Shown piece after piece: positions 18,400-28,957 of a DNA stretch of 64,000 nucleotides. Numbering within the stretch: position 1 is the stretch's first letter; each line of letters opens with the position of its first letter. Where the stretch lies: IMG/VR virus record IMGVR_UViG_3300037010_001702, positions 175,442-239,441 of that record; one strand, written 5' to 3'. Position numbers and translations under genes: made by a program. A model generated the notes under the pieces. That model made no database searches. It was not told the DNA's origin and was given only the letters and a program-made list of their open reading frames with translations.

Positions 18400-19485
18400 A
18401 TGATTAGAGATTTTAGTATCGTTCCAAATTACTCCAAGCGTCAGATGTTCTTGGATAAAGCTGGCCCAGTAACCACTCAGCGTTTTGATGACTACGCGTA
18501 TCCAAAGATTGCAAAGTTTGAAGAGACACAGCGTGGAGCCTTTTGGGTTCCTGAGGAAATCACCCTGACGAAGGACAAGATTGACTTCAAGGAAGCTAGC
18601 AAGGCTGTTCGCCACATCTTTACAGCCAACTTGTTGCGTCAGACGACTCTCGATTCGATTCAGGGCAGAGCTCCAGCGCAAATCTTTACGCCGGTATGCT
18701 CTATTCCCGAGCTCGAACTCCTCACTCTTACATGGACGTGGTTCGAAGCCATTCACTCTCGTGCTTACTCGCACATCATTCGGAACATCTACAACGTTCC
18801 TAAGGATGAGTTCAACAAGATTCATGACAATGCTGAGATTGTCGCGATGACTTCCTCCATTGGGAAGTACTATGATGCTCTTCACCATCTCAACTGCCTG
18901 GTTGAGACTGGAAAGGAAGTAAGTGAGCACGATTACATCAAGGCAATCTACTTGGCACTTATCGCTTCTTATGGACTTGAGGCTATTCGATTCACTGTTT
19001 CATTTGCTACAAGCTTGGGAATGGTTGAAAATAAGATCTTTATCGGTAATGGGAATGAGATTTCGCTTATTCTTTCAGATGAAATGCTTCACGTGGATTG
19101 GACTGCCTACATAATAAATACAGTAGTCAAGGATGACCCTCGCTTCGCAGCTGTTGCAGCTGAGTGCAAGAAGGAAGCGTACGACATCCTCACGATGGTT
19201 ATCGAGGAAGAGAAGTCATGGGCTAAGTATCTGTTTAAGGAAGGTTCCGTTATCGGTCTTAACGAACGAACAATGATTAACTTCGTTGATTGGACAGCTC
19301 AGTACCGTCTGAAGGACATCGGCATTAAATATGATGCGGGGGTCAAGTCCACTCCAATTCCTTGGTTCAATAAACATCTGAACACAAATAAGAAACAAAC
19401 AGCTCTTCAAGAAAATGAGAGCGTGGCTTACGTTATTGGCTCAATGACCAACAGCGTAAATTATGACGAACTTCCTGATTTGTAA
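18400..19485 (+). CDS. nrdB: Ribonucleotide reductase class Ia beta subunit
   Basis: FWVPEEI, DSIQGRAP, EAIHSRAYSH (radical Tyr retained), LEAIRF, DEMLH, QENE C-terminus. Confidence 0.93.
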   Translation: MIRDFSIVPNYSKRQMFLDKAGPVTTQRFDDYAYPKIAKFEETQRGAFWVPEEITLTKDKIDFKEASKAVRHIFTANLLRQTTLDSIQGRAPAQIFTPVCSIPELELLTLTWTWFEAIHSRAYSHIIRNIYNVPKDEFNKIHDNAEIVAMTSSIGKYYDALHHLNCLVETGKEVSEHDYIKAIYLALIASYGLEAIRFTVSFATSLGMVENKIFIGNGNEISLILSDEMLHVDWTAYIINTVVKDDPRFAAVAAECKKEAYDILTMVIEEEKSWAKYLFKEGSVIGLNERTMINFVDWTAQYRLKDIGIKYDAGVKSTPIPWFNKHLNTNKKQTALQENESVAYVIGSMTNSVNYDELPDL

Positions 19486-19495
19486 AGGATTAAAA

Positions 19496-19723
19496 ATGGC
19501 TAATGAACAATTGAATGCGGCACTCACTGAAGCTGTAGTAGGTAATGCTCTTGGAAAGAAGTGGTATGAATCAAAGACTTTCTGGACTAACATCGTAGCT
19601 GGTCTAACGATGCTTGCTCAGTTGAAGTATGGATTCCTTATCCCAGCGGAATACCAAATGCTTGGTATGTCCTTTATCAACATCGCGCTTAGAAAAATCA
19701 CAAAGGATCCAGTGGTCTGGTAA
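19496..19723 (+). CDS. Small membrane protein, holin-like
   Basis: KKWYESKTFWTN, two hydrophobic segments, NIALRKITKDPV. Confidence 0.5.
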   Translation: MANEQLNAALTEAVVGNALGKKWYESKTFWTNIVAGLTMLAQLKYGFLIPAEYQMLGMSFINIALRKITKDPVVW

Positions 19724-19731
19724 ATCGAAAA

Positions 19732-19983
19732 ATGTCTGACTATACAATATACTCAAAACCCGGTTGCACATACTGCGAACAAGCCAAAAGCCTTCTAGCT
19801 TCTAAGAATCTTTCCTACACGGAGTTGATTCTTGACGTTGGTCAGGTTAAGGACCCAGCAAAGCAGTACTACACAGTTGCTCAGCTCAAGGAGAAAGTTC
19901 CTGAAGCGAGAACGGTTCCTCAGATTTTCAAGGGAACTACGCTCATCGGTGGTTACGACTCCCTAAAGCAACGCTTAGCATAA
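19732..19983 (+). CDS. Glutaredoxin (NrdC/NrdH-like)
   Basis: YSKPGCTYC, TVPQIF, IGGYD. Confidence 0.92.
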   Translation: MSDYTIYSKPGCTYCEQAKSLLASKNLSYTELILDVGQVKDPAKQYYTVAQLKEKVPEARTVPQIFKGTTLIGGYDSLKQRLA

Positions 19984-19997
19984 AGCAATTCGATTGT

Positions 19998-20039
19998 TGT
20001 TCCCGGATAAATAACTTATTACTAAGTTATCCGGGAACA
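19998..20039 (+). promoter_or_regulatory. Late promoter inside a 13-bp hairpin upstream of the large tail gene
   Basis: TGTTCCCGGATAA (19998-20010) pairs with TTATCCGGGAACA (20027-39); GATAAATA at 20006-13; ATG at 20045. Confidence 0.75.
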
Positions 20040-20044
20040 CTCTC

Positions 20045-23000
20045 ATGCGAATTTCATACAGACAAGGTTTAGTTTCTGCTCAACCTGATTTCTTGCAAGT
20101 TGGTCAAGCTGACTCTAGATACGTCGATCTAGTTGTTAGCCCTACACCAGTTCTTGCAGCGCTTGCCAGCCATGATAAGGACTACCTAATTGGTGAGTAC
20201 AAGACGGTTCAGAACGCGTGGGGGCCTTTTGAGGGAACCCAAACTCAGTACCTCTATTGGGAAATTAACGGTCTTGGTAAGCTTGTTCGTGGCTCTACAA
20301 CGATCTCCCCAATCACTTCTCCTGCTGAACCTATCAGACTTGTGGGACAGATGTGGTGGGACACAGTAAATAACTGCTACTTTGTTTATGATGGTGAGCG
20401 CTGGGTAGAGGCAAAGCGCGTTCTCGCTGGAACGCTCCGCTCTGGTGGAATCCTTTCTCCTGTTGGATTCATTTCGCAGGTAGGATTGAACACTGCAGCT
20501 GATGCCGGCTTTATTCTTACTGACAGCTTTGGTAATGTCTTCAGGGACAACCAGGGCAACCTTCTTACTACTGACACGCCACTTACAAGCGCTGATACTG
20601 GTTCTCTTGTTAAGCTTGATGGTGCGCAGATCCTGGTGCAAGCAAATGAGAACATCCCTAAGTTCTCCTTGATCTACCTTATTGGTGGTAGAGCTGCTCT
20701 TGCTTCAGGTATTCCTCCAGACAATATCGCGAAAGCTCCAGTAGCTATTTGCACGACTGACGCATATCAGAATGACGTCATTACCATCACTCCAGCTGGC
20801 AAGACAGTTTCATTTGACCAATGGAGCTGGGATATCTCTACTTGGGGTAAGACTGTCTATTGCGGTCCTCACGGTGAAGTCACCCTTACTCGCCCAGAGT
20901 CTCCAAAGAACGTTCGCGTAGGTACGATCATCTCCGCTCAAAGTGTGTTGCTTAACTTTGACTGGGAAACAGATGCAGCCGTAGCTGCATCTGGAATTTC
21001 AGGCATTGCAGTTCAGGCTCCACTTGTAGTATCAGGTCAGCTTAGCACGCCGGTAATCTCAATGCCACGTGCTACAGAGGTACTTGACGGCTTCATGAAC
21101 AGCTCCGACTTCGCCCGTATCCCAGCTCTTGAAACTGTAGTCGCTCTCAAAGCCGACATTACTCACACCCAGCCCATCTCTTCAGTATTAGGCCTACAAA
21201 CCTCGCTAGATGGAAAGGCGCCGTTGATTCACGCTCACGCTATCTCTGACGTGAATGGTCTTCAGCTCGCTCTTGACAACAAGGCAAACACAGTTCACAC
21301 TCACGCTGTAGCTGACATCACTGACATTCAGCCAATCTTCATCAACATCAACACTGCACTTAACTCTAAGATGCCAATGATTGTCGGTGGAACAGTTGGC
21401 AACTTTACAACGATAACAGCTTCAGGTACAGTCGCTGACAGCTACCTTAATGCAGCAAGCTTCGCGCTAGCTTCTCACACCCACGCGATGGTTGATATCA
21501 TTGAACTTTCAACTGCTCTTAACGGGAAAGCAGCTCTTGTTCACACTCACATCATCTCTGACGTAGGTGGGCTTCAGCTAGCTCTTGATGATAAGGCGAA
21601 TCTAATTCACTCTCACGTCATCGACGATGTGGCTGGATTGGCTGACGCCCTTGCTGGTAAAGCACCTACTATCCACGTTCACGCTATTGCTGACGTAGCA
21701 GGTCTTCAGTCAACTCTTGACGGTAAAGCAAACACCATTCACTCTCACAGTATTGCTGAAGTAACTGGTCTTCAAACGGCTCTTGATGGTAAGTCAGCCA
21801 TTGGACACATCCATGGAATCAATGAAGTAACTGGTCTTCAAATCGTGTTGGACAGTAAGGCTGACGTTGTTCATGCCCACGTCATTGCTGATATCACTGA
21901 TCTCCAGCCAGCGCTTGACTTGAAGGCTAACGTTAATCACACTCAGCTTGCATCAACGATCACTGACTTCGTTAATGCTTCATACATCGCGGCTCGCGCA
22001 GCTCTTGTGCCTGGTCCAAATGTCACTATCACGCCAAATGATGTTAACATGACGCTGACTATCAGCTCAAATGGTGGTGCAGCTACGTGGCCATTTGTAA
22101 GTCCTAATGGTGCCATCGTTGAAGAGGCAAGCGTAGTTCCAGATGCTGGTGGACTTGTTCTTCGTGGCAAGACAAACACTTCAGTCATGATGGCAGTTGG
22201 CGGTAACAATGCTAATAGCCCAGCTCCTTCAGCCTCTATTCTTCTTTCAGATGTTGGTGAAATTAAGATCACTGGAATGGCAGGGGCAGCTGGACAAGTA
22301 CTTACATCTGGTGGTGCGGGGGCTGCAGCGCACTGGGCAGATTCCATTGGAACAATTTCCCTTACACAAGATGAAATAGCTTATGGTACTGTCGGTAATG
22401 TTGCTACATCTTCAGCAAACCTTGGCTTCAAGGATTCAGATGGATCATTCACACTCAACGTTAACGCATCCTCAAATCCAACAACCACACCTGGTCAAGT
22501 GCGAATTGGTGCCCCGTTCGCGCCTGATTACCAAACTCAGATCAATCAAAACATTGCTGGTGATATCACATTGCTAACTAACAATCTGTCAAGATTGAGA
22601 ATTAGCTCGTACGGCGAATTCTTCTTCAACGAGGTTACTGATCCAGCTGTGGCCACGAATACTACTGACACAAATGTGTACACACGCAATGGTTATGTTG
22701 CAGCGCAACCATATTTTGAGAGCGGCGGTAATCTTGCTGTTATGGCTGGAAAGTCAGATGATAATTCACCTATCGCTATTGGTGGTGCTATTGGCCTATA
22801 TGCTGGTGGCAACTTCAATTACATGTCAGATGGTGCTCGTATTCAAGCCTATGGTGGTGGTACTGGGTCTGTTGATGCACCCGATGATGGTGGTGGAATC
22901 TTCCTTCACTCTGGTTCTGTTGGTTGGTATGACACTACCCCGTATAGTCAGCTTCACAATCTAAACAGAACGTCTGGTACCATCGTAGTATCCACTGGCG

Positions 23001-23635
23001 ACGTTTATACTGGAGCATCTTCATCAGGTGGTGCTATAACGTGGGCATCTGGAGATATCACACTGGCTACAGGAGCTGGCAGTGGTGCTGACCCTATTAA
23101 CATCGGCAGAATCAAATTTGCTCCGGGAAACCGTAACTACTTAGCAATTGGCCCTAATGGTGAGATTGAAATGGATCCCAATGGACCAGCTAGTGATGCT
23201 GTTCAAACGTGGAATGCTGGTAACATCGGGCAAGTTCTTACATCTCACGGTGCGGGGTCACCTGTTTATTGGGCCGATGTAAGCGCACCACTGCTTAAAG
23301 TAGCTAATGACAATGCTAATGCATTCCTTAATTTTGGGCAAGATGGTCATCACAATGGATATTTCCGCTCTACGCTATCAACCCCAGTTGAAATTAGAGT
23401 AAAATCCGACGGCTACTGGATTATGCAGCAGACAGAATCTGGTTCCACTGCAGCGCCAATGCCAGTTGGTGGTTACGTTTGGGTTGTTATGCAGGGAACT
23501 GGAACTGTTACCGTTGTCGCTGATGATACTGCAGTCATAATCAACTCAGCGCTTCCACTTACAATAAGCACTCAGTTTTCAAAACTGAAGCTAATTAAAG
23601 TTGGGCCTAATGAATGGGATGTTGCTCCCTGCTAA
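20045..23635 (+). CDS. Large virion/tail fibre protein with HxH...GLQxALDGKA repeats
   Basis: About 10 repeats of HTHAISDVxGLQxALDxKA (aa ~370-630), GAAGQVLTSGG linkers, late promoter. Confidence 0.75.
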   Translation: MRISYRQGLVSAQPDFLQVGQADSRYVDLVVSPTPVLAALASHDKDYLIGEYKTVQNAWGPFEGTQTQYLYWEINGLGKLVRGSTTISPITSPAEPIRLVGQMWWDTVNNCYFVYDGERWVEAKRVLAGTLRSGGILSPVGFISQVGLNTAADAGFILTDSFGNVFRDNQGNLLTTDTPLTSADTGSLVKLDGAQILVQANENIPKFSLIYLIGGRAALASGIPPDNIAKAPVAICTTDAYQNDVITITPAGKTVSFDQWSWDISTWGKTVYCGPHGEVTLTRPESPKNVRVGTIISAQSVLLNFDWETDAAVAASGISGIAVQAPLVVSGQLSTPVISMPRATEVLDGFMNSSDFARIPALETVVALKADITHTQPISSVLGLQTSLDGKAPLIHAHAISDVNGLQLALDNKANTVHTHAVADITDIQPIFININTALNSKMPMIVGGTVGNFTTITASGTVADSYLNAASFALASHTHAMVDIIELSTALNGKAALVHTHIISDVGGLQLALDDKANLIHSHVIDDVAGLADALAGKAPTIHVHAIADVAGLQSTLDGKANTIHSHSIAEVTGLQTALDGKSAIGHIHGINEVTGLQIVLDSKADVVHAHVIADITDLQPALDLKANVNHTQLASTITDFVNASYIAARAALVPGPNVTITPNDVNMTLTISSNGGAATWPFVSPNGAIVEEASVVPDAGGLVLRGKTNTSVMMAVGGNNANSPAPSASILLSDVGEIKITGMAGAAGQVLTSGGAGAAAHWADSIGTISLTQDEIAYGTVGNVATSSANLGFKDSDGSFTLNVNASSNPTTTPGQVRIGAPFAPDYQTQINQNIAGDITLLTNNLSRLRISSYGEFFFNEVTDPAVATNTTDTNVYTRNGYVAAQPYFESGGNLAVMAGKSDDNSPIAIGGAIGLYAGGNFNYMSDGARIQAYGGGTGSVDAPDDGGGIFLHSGSVGWYDTTPYSQLHNLNRTSGTIVVSTGDVYTGASSSGGAITWASGDITLATGAGSGADPINIGRIKFAPGNRNYLAIGPNGEIEMDPNGPASDAVQTWNAGNIGQVLTSHGAGSPVYWADVSAPLLKVANDNANAFLNFGQDGHHNGYFRSTLSTPVEIRVKSDGYWIMQQTESGSTAAPMPVGGYVWVVMQGTGTVTVVADDTAVIINSALPLTISTQFSKLKLIKVGPNEWDVAPC

Positions 23636-23725
23636 TTACCATTTCATAAATAATTCAAATCAACAACCTATACGAGAGGATGAATGACTCCCTAATGTCA
23701 TGCTACAGTGATTTAAAGGGTTATC

Positions 23726-24160
23726 GTGTTTGGTAATACTATGATGGATATCTTCGGCATTCAAATGAATGCATACGCGCTTTCAATCTTCACGTTCTTC
23801 GTGTTCTTCGGTGTTGCCCTGTACAGAGCGCAGCGAGATAACAGACTTGACTGGACAGACATGCTCACCCGCGATGGCAGTAAAGTATCAACAACCAAGT
23901 TGCTTCAGCTTATTGGTGGCGTTGTAGCTACGTGGGTTATCATCAAGCTTACCCTCAACAAAGAGCTCTCGATGGATATGTTCGTAACATATCTCATGTA
24001 CATTGCTGGTTCTGATGGCTATGCTAAGTATATCATGGCAAAGTATGGTGCTGAAGCATCTGACGACTCACATGCAACAGCGCATGTTGTTCAACCTGCA
24101 ATTCCTCAACCTGCGCCAGCAGAAGACTTCTCAGGTCCTTCACCAAAAGCACCAGGTTAA
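23726..24160 (+). CDS. Membrane protein (holin-like)
   Basis: Three hydrophobic segments; late promoter CATAAATA near 23645. Confidence 0.5.
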   Translation: MFGNTMMDIFGIQMNAYALSIFTFFVFFGVALYRAQRDNRLDWTDMLTRDGSKVSTTKLLQLIGGVVATWVIIKLTLNKELSMDMFVTYLMYIAGSDGYAKYIMAKYGAEASDDSHATAHVVQPAIPQPAPAEDFSGPSPKAPG

Positions 24161-24228
24161 AGATTTAACCAAGCATAGCCCTGTTTATAATAGGACTATG
24201 CTACAAATTCACATAAGGAAAAATTTAA

Positions 24229-24690
24229 ATGGCATCTAAGTTGGGAACTTACGTAGGTCTTCACGTCCTGAATCCAGCCAATGAACTTCTGTATAAACAC
24301 TGTAAGGATGCTGGGGTACCAGTACGAACTTCCATGTTCAAAAATCGATTGCACACGACTGTGATTTACAGTCGAACACATTGTAATCAAATAAATCTTG
24401 ATCATGGTCAGAAATATGTTGCTCGATTTGCTGGGTATGACATCTTTAGTGGTCAAAAGGGTGAAAACGTTTTAGTGATGAAGCTTGACGCACCTGGTGT
24501 ATCTGCCCTGCATAATCAGATTATGTCTGAGAATGAAGATGCGACGTACGACTATGCCGTATATAGACCACACATTACGCTCTCATATAATTACACTGAC
24601 AACAGTACAATGGGCATACCAATCTTCCCTCATGACATCATATTGGGCGAGGCATATGTGGAAGCGTTGGATTTAAAATGGGGTAAATAG
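24229..24690 (+). CDS. 2H phosphoesterase, T4 gp57B/Acb1-like
   Basis: Two HxT motifs (RLHTTVIYS, YRPHITLSY), 153 aa. Confidence 0.7.
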   Translation: MASKLGTYVGLHVLNPANELLYKHCKDAGVPVRTSMFKNRLHTTVIYSRTHCNQINLDHGQKYVARFAGYDIFSGQKGENVLVMKLDAPGVSALHNQIMSENEDATYDYAVYRPHITLSYNYTDNSTMGIPIFPHDIILGEAYVEALDLKWGK

Positions 24691-25481
24691 TGGAACAAGA
24701 AACAAATGTTGTAATGGACCCTATGGGTGATCGCCTAAAGGCAGCAGAACGAGTTGAAGCTGGAAGACGTTGCGATCCTAACAAGCCTCTAATGGCTCGT
24801 CTTGATGGCAAAGCATTTCACACCTTCACGAAGGGTCTTGCTCGGCCGTATGATGTGCGTCTAAGCACGCTCATGATCGATACTGCTCGCTATCTAGTTG
24901 AGCACACTCATGCAAAGTTAGGTTACACTCAATCGGATGAGATCACTCTCTACTGGTTAAACAAAGATCCACTCGCAGAGTCCTCGTACATGTTTGATGG
25001 TAAGTTTCAGAAGCTAACTTCTGTTCTTGCTGGGATGGCAAGTGCGTTCTTCACAAAAGAACTTGCTACACGTCTCCCTGAAAAAGCTCATCTGCTTGGT
25101 GTCTTTGATTGCCGTGTTTGGAATGTAGAAAGTTTTGAGGACGTTAAAGATAACTTTATCTGGCGTCAGGATGATGCTATTAAGAATAGTATCTCGATGG
25201 CAGCACAAGCTATCTTCTCTCACAAAACTCTGCATGGGGTTGGTTCGGAAGCTAAGAAGAAAATGCTTCGTGAAGCTGGTAAGCCATGGGAAGATGAACC
25301 CGAATTTTTTAAGTGGGGTTCGTATGTTTCGAGAGTCAGCTTCGAGGCACCTCTTACTGAAGAACAGCTCGCTAAAATCCCAGAAAAGTTTCGACCTACT
25401 GGGCTTGTAATGCGTAGTGATGTTCAAGTGCGAACTGACATTGGGTATCTACGTAACAACCCGAGCGTTTTAGAAGCTTAA
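24690..25481 (+). CDS. tRNA(His) guanylyltransferase Thg1-like protein
   Basis: ARLDGKAFHTFT, YTQSDEITL, FDGKFQKLTS, FDCRV, WRQDDAIKNSISM. Confidence 0.92.
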   Translation: MEQETNVVMDPMGDRLKAAERVEAGRRCDPNKPLMARLDGKAFHTFTKGLARPYDVRLSTLMIDTARYLVEHTHAKLGYTQSDEITLYWLNKDPLAESSYMFDGKFQKLTSVLAGMASAFFTKELATRLPEKAHLLGVFDCRVWNVESFEDVKDNFIWRQDDAIKNSISMAAQAIFSHKTLHGVGSEAKKKMLREAGKPWEDEPEFFKWGSYVSRVSFEAPLTEEQLAKIPEKFRPTGLVMRSDVQVRTDIGYLRNNPSVLEA

Positions 25482-25519
25482 AATCTGATAAATAGCATTG
25501 ATAAAATAAGGATATGGAT

Positions 25520-25674
25520 ATGCTATTAGCAGAATTTAAAAAAATGACCAATCAGAAAGAGTAATTACTCTTAAAGAAAGAAAAGAAATGGAAGAGCTTG
25601 CGAAAACCATTTCTGTCAAATGTGATTTTCCTTCTGATAAAGAAATTGAAGAAATGGAATTTGTGGAAGTATAA
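25520..25674 (+). pseudogene. Small acidic ORF (antitoxin-like) with an apparent 1-nt frameshift in an A-run
   Basis: MLLAEFKK then stop; the -1 frame continues ...EIEEMEFVEV and ends TAA immediately before ATG 25675. Confidence 0.4.
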
Positions 25675-26096
25675 ATGAGAGTTTTTACTTCTAAGAAATG
25701 CAGTTACACTTCAATGGTAAATTAGCAGAAGAATTCAAGGCTTGGAAAAAGTTGTTTGACCCGTGTTCTAGTAAAGTCTTTGGTCGAGATGTAGCTACTA
25801 AAGTACCTGTTGGGCAGGATTTTAATAAACTTATGCATGTGCATCTTATACCATTATCATTAAATGGTATTCCTGAAGACGCATTTGATTACAATAAATG
25901 GATGCGGAACTTTGAAAGCAAAACAGAAAAAGCTAGATGCAGAGACAGAGTTAGCAACATTATTCTTTATTATGCAACTTATGGTGCTGATTATCTGTTA
26001 ATAACAAAATCTAATCATGGCGAACTCACCCCTGATAAAATAAATGCAATGTGTGAAATTGCGAATAAATGGGTAGCTAAACTAAACGAGAAATAA
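25675..26096 (+). CDS. YafO-like mRNA interferase; N-terminus MRVFTSK is out of frame with the body starting at 25698
   Basis: FGRD, LMHVHL, RVSN..LYY, YLLI motif order matches recalled YafO family features. Confidence 0.55.
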
Positions 26097-26208
26097 ATCC
26101 CAGTTTGCTTATACTAAATTCGTGGTATAATTAAAACATCTACAGCAGATTGACTGTTGTAGATGACGCTGATTCACTAAATTCAGCAAACCTAAAAAAG
26201 GAATACTT

Positions 26209-26658
26209 ATGACATTCAGTTCTCTAGGCCTCACAGCAGGTCAAAAATTCAAACTCACAGCAGAAGATTACGCTGATGTGAATCGTAGTAAAAATCAAAC
26301 TGCACAATTTGGTATGGCGATAGACGCTCATATTAAAAATTATCTCCAACCAAAAGGCATTGTCGTTCCTGATGACAAGTACGCCACGCTTGACTTCGAT
26401 TTTCAAGGCACTGCATACGACATCAAATCTTATGCTGGGACAACTATCACTATCAGCGCCCGAGAAAAAGGATTCGCTGATTCAGAGATTAGATCGGGTC
26501 GCGACGTTATCTATGCCATCTTCGAACAGCTCACACATCCAGAATTCAAGTTTAAGGGTTATGTCTCTTACAAAGCATTGATAGAACATAACAAGATCCG
26601 CAATTCCAAATTCGGTGACAGCTTCTACTTCTCTCTAGGCTCTGCTCGGTTGCTTTGA
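26209..26658 (+). CDS. Putative PD-(D/E)XK nuclease-like protein
   Basis: LDFDFQGTAYDIKS motif; own early promoter at 26103-31. Confidence 0.4.
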   Translation: MTFSSLGLTAGQKFKLTAEDYADVNRSKNQTAQFGMAIDAHIKNYLQPKGIVVPDDKYATLDFDFQGTAYDIKSYAGTTITISAREKGFADSEIRSGRDVIYAIFEQLTHPEFKFKGYVSYKALIEHNKIRNSKFGDSFYFSLGSARLL

Positions 26659-26861
26659 TCTAAGCCAAATTCCTGGGTAGGTTTGTTCTGCTCAGGGATT
26701 TTAAGAGTGTTTGACTTATGTCATCATTCAGATGCATTGTCTGGAGTAGAGATTTCGGTAACAAAAGTTACCTTAAAAGTTAGTAACAAAATAACAGCAA
26801 ATAAGTATGTACATTTGTCAGGTTGCAGTGTATAATACATTTAATTGATGGAGATAGTACG

Positions 26862-27794
26862 ATGACACTCAAAGATGAAACACTTGAAATTGATACCCAA
26901 TTACGTTCTCACTTGCAAAAGATTACCGGCAAGCAGGATAAAGCTTTGGAAGACATTATTTTCAATGTGTCCGGATGCATTTCAAGAACAAATATTTCTG
27001 TAAAAGAATATATTGCTGATTTTCAATCTGACAAAATTTTTAATCCTGATTGTTTGCTGCTTGACAATGTTGAAATGTTTAAGTATTTCAACAAGAAATA
27101 TATTGAACTTGCTGCCCATTTATTTGCACGTCGATCGACTGGTCTCGGTACTCCTACTGCAGCTTGTGGAGAGGGAGAACTTATGGCAATCGTTTGCTCG
27201 CCAAGAGTAAAAATTTCTAAAAAGAAGAACGAAGGTGATTTGAAAGTTGATAATAAAACAATTGAACTCAAAGGTGATGGCGTTAGAGTATTTTCAACTA
27301 AATCTGGAAATTCTTTCTATAAAGAAATGATGGCATTGAGCAAACTTTACAACTTCATACCAAATGAAGTTAATAAAGGTCGTACAGCATTTGAACCTTG
27401 GAAAGACGGAAAGACTGGTGAAATGTGGTCTGCACAATTTAAACAATCTGGACCAAAAATTGCTAAAGAGTTTTTGATTAAGCTTATGAATGCTACAGGT
27501 TCGGAATTCTCAGCAGCATCAATTGATAACTGTTTCAAGAATGGAATTTTTTCATCGCATCAATTGCGTTGTGAAATTATAAAATCATTTTTTAGAAATA
27601 CAACAAAGGAATGGGATGCTTTCACTTGTATAAAGGATGGTATTATTCGTTCTGTCAGCCCTGATGCTACATCATTTGACGCACTTGTTGATGCTGGTGT
27701 TATCATTCCAGGATCAAATGAGAAGGATACAGTTGGCAACTATTTTCGTATTTTTAACAACAATGATCTTGGTTGGTACTTCAGGTTCGTATAA
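26862..27794 (+). CDS. Putative PD-(D/E)XK restriction-endonuclease-like protein
   Basis: GEGELM...GDLKVDNKTIELKG; GGAG RBS; early promoter 26807-36; directly upstream of a methyltransferase. Confidence 0.55.
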   Translation: MTLKDETLEIDTQLRSHLQKITGKQDKALEDIIFNVSGCISRTNISVKEYIADFQSDKIFNPDCLLLDNVEMFKYFNKKYIELAAHLFARRSTGLGTPTAACGEGELMAIVCSPRVKISKKKNEGDLKVDNKTIELKGDGVRVFSTKSGNSFYKEMMALSKLYNFIPNEVNKGRTAFEPWKDGKTGEMWSAQFKQSGPKIAKEFLIKLMNATGSEFSAASIDNCFKNGIFSSHQLRCEIIKSFFRNTTKEWDAFTCIKDGIIRSVSPDATSFDALVDAGVIIPGSNEKDTVGNYFRIFNNNDLGWYFRFV

Positions 27795-27833
27795 CAATAA
27801 ATATTGTTATACGAACCTGATTAAGGACAGTAA

Positions 27834-28919
27834 ATGATAAATGAAAATCAAAAAGTTGGTGATCTTGGGCAACACTGGACACCTCGCGATGTTGTCCAGA
27901 CGATGGTAAAATTGAAGAAAAATAAGGGTCTCACTCTCGAGCCATCAGCGGGTTCCGGCAGGTTTGTTGAAGTTTTACCAGATTGCATTGCTATTGAAAT
28001 AGATGCATCTGTAGTGCCAGATAATCTAAAGCACCAATATCTGATAAGCAATTTCTTCGATGTAGATGAAGATCAGAAGTTCGACACTGTAATTGGTAAT
28101 CCCCCATATGTTGCTGGAAAACTTTTAACCCCAGATTGGTTCAATAATTGGACTGGTGTTTTGCCACGCACTGCTAATGCATATTTGCATATCATTGATA
28201 AGTGTATAAATCATTTGAATGATAAGGGTGAAATAATTTTTATTGTTCCATCATCATTATTTTCAGATAGTAGCAGAGGGAAAGAACTTCGTAAGAAAAT
28301 GCTTTCTCTTGGTGCATTTACTGATGTTATTTTTTGTCACGAACAGGTAGAATGGGAAAATGCTGCTGTAGATACTTTGATCTTCAGATGGCAAAAGGGT
28401 TTAAAACAGAAAAAAGTTAAGACTAATCTTGGAGATAAAATTCTTTTTGAGAGCAATGGTTTTACTTGGTTGATTGATTTTATTCCTGCTGGAACAATGG
28501 GTGAATGGTTTAAAGCTACTGTCGGCAGCGCACCTCTGCGCGCTGCTGTGGAAGCTAAGCGAGGTGGTGAGTACATTAAAGAAGGAAAGATTGTTCTCAT
28601 TGAAGAAACAGAATGTGATAAATGGCCGAGGGTTCATCATACTCCAGTAGGTGATAAACTATTCTATGTTGGCGGACCTATTCGTAGATGGCCTGTTTTT
28701 TTTAGTGGAACTTCAGGAAAGCACTTAGATAATGCTTTGTTGCCAAAACATAAAATTGATATTGTAATGGGAGCAGCTCTGCTTAATGAGTGGTTTAAAG
28801 CTAATGGTGAAGCGCTATCACTTATTAAAGGTGGTAGATGGATATGCGGCGTGAAGCAATTTGAAAACTGCCCTATAACAGAAGAGATGAAAGAAGCATT
28901 ATCTGCTTTATTGGAGTAA
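27834..28919 (+). CDS. N6-adenine DNA methyltransferase (gamma class, Eco57I/TaqI-like)
   Basis: GQHWTP, LEPSAGSGRF (motif I), VIGNPPY (motif IV), FIVP. Confidence 0.88.
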   Translation: MINENQKVGDLGQHWTPRDVVQTMVKLKKNKGLTLEPSAGSGRFVEVLPDCIAIEIDASVVPDNLKHQYLISNFFDVDEDQKFDTVIGNPPYVAGKLLTPDWFNNWTGVLPRTANAYLHIIDKCINHLNDKGEIIFIVPSSLFSDSSRGKELRKKMLSLGAFTDVIFCHEQVEWENAAVDTLIFRWQKGLKQKKVKTNLGDKILFESNGFTWLIDFIPAGTMGEWFKATVGSAPLRAAVEAKRGGEYIKEGKIVLIEETECDKWPRVHHTPVGDKLFYVGGPIRRWPVFFSGTSGKHLDNALLPKHKIDIVMGAALLNEWFKANGEALSLIKGGRWICGVKQFENCPITEEMKEALSALLE

Positions 28920-28957
28920 AGAATCATTCTTAATAACAGTCAAAGCGATGGAGCATA

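Noticed and set aside
21150-21950. HxH repeats in the 20045 protein as a DNA repeat array or DGR target
   Set aside because: The repeats are conserved at protein level with synonymous divergence, as expected for structural fibre repeats.
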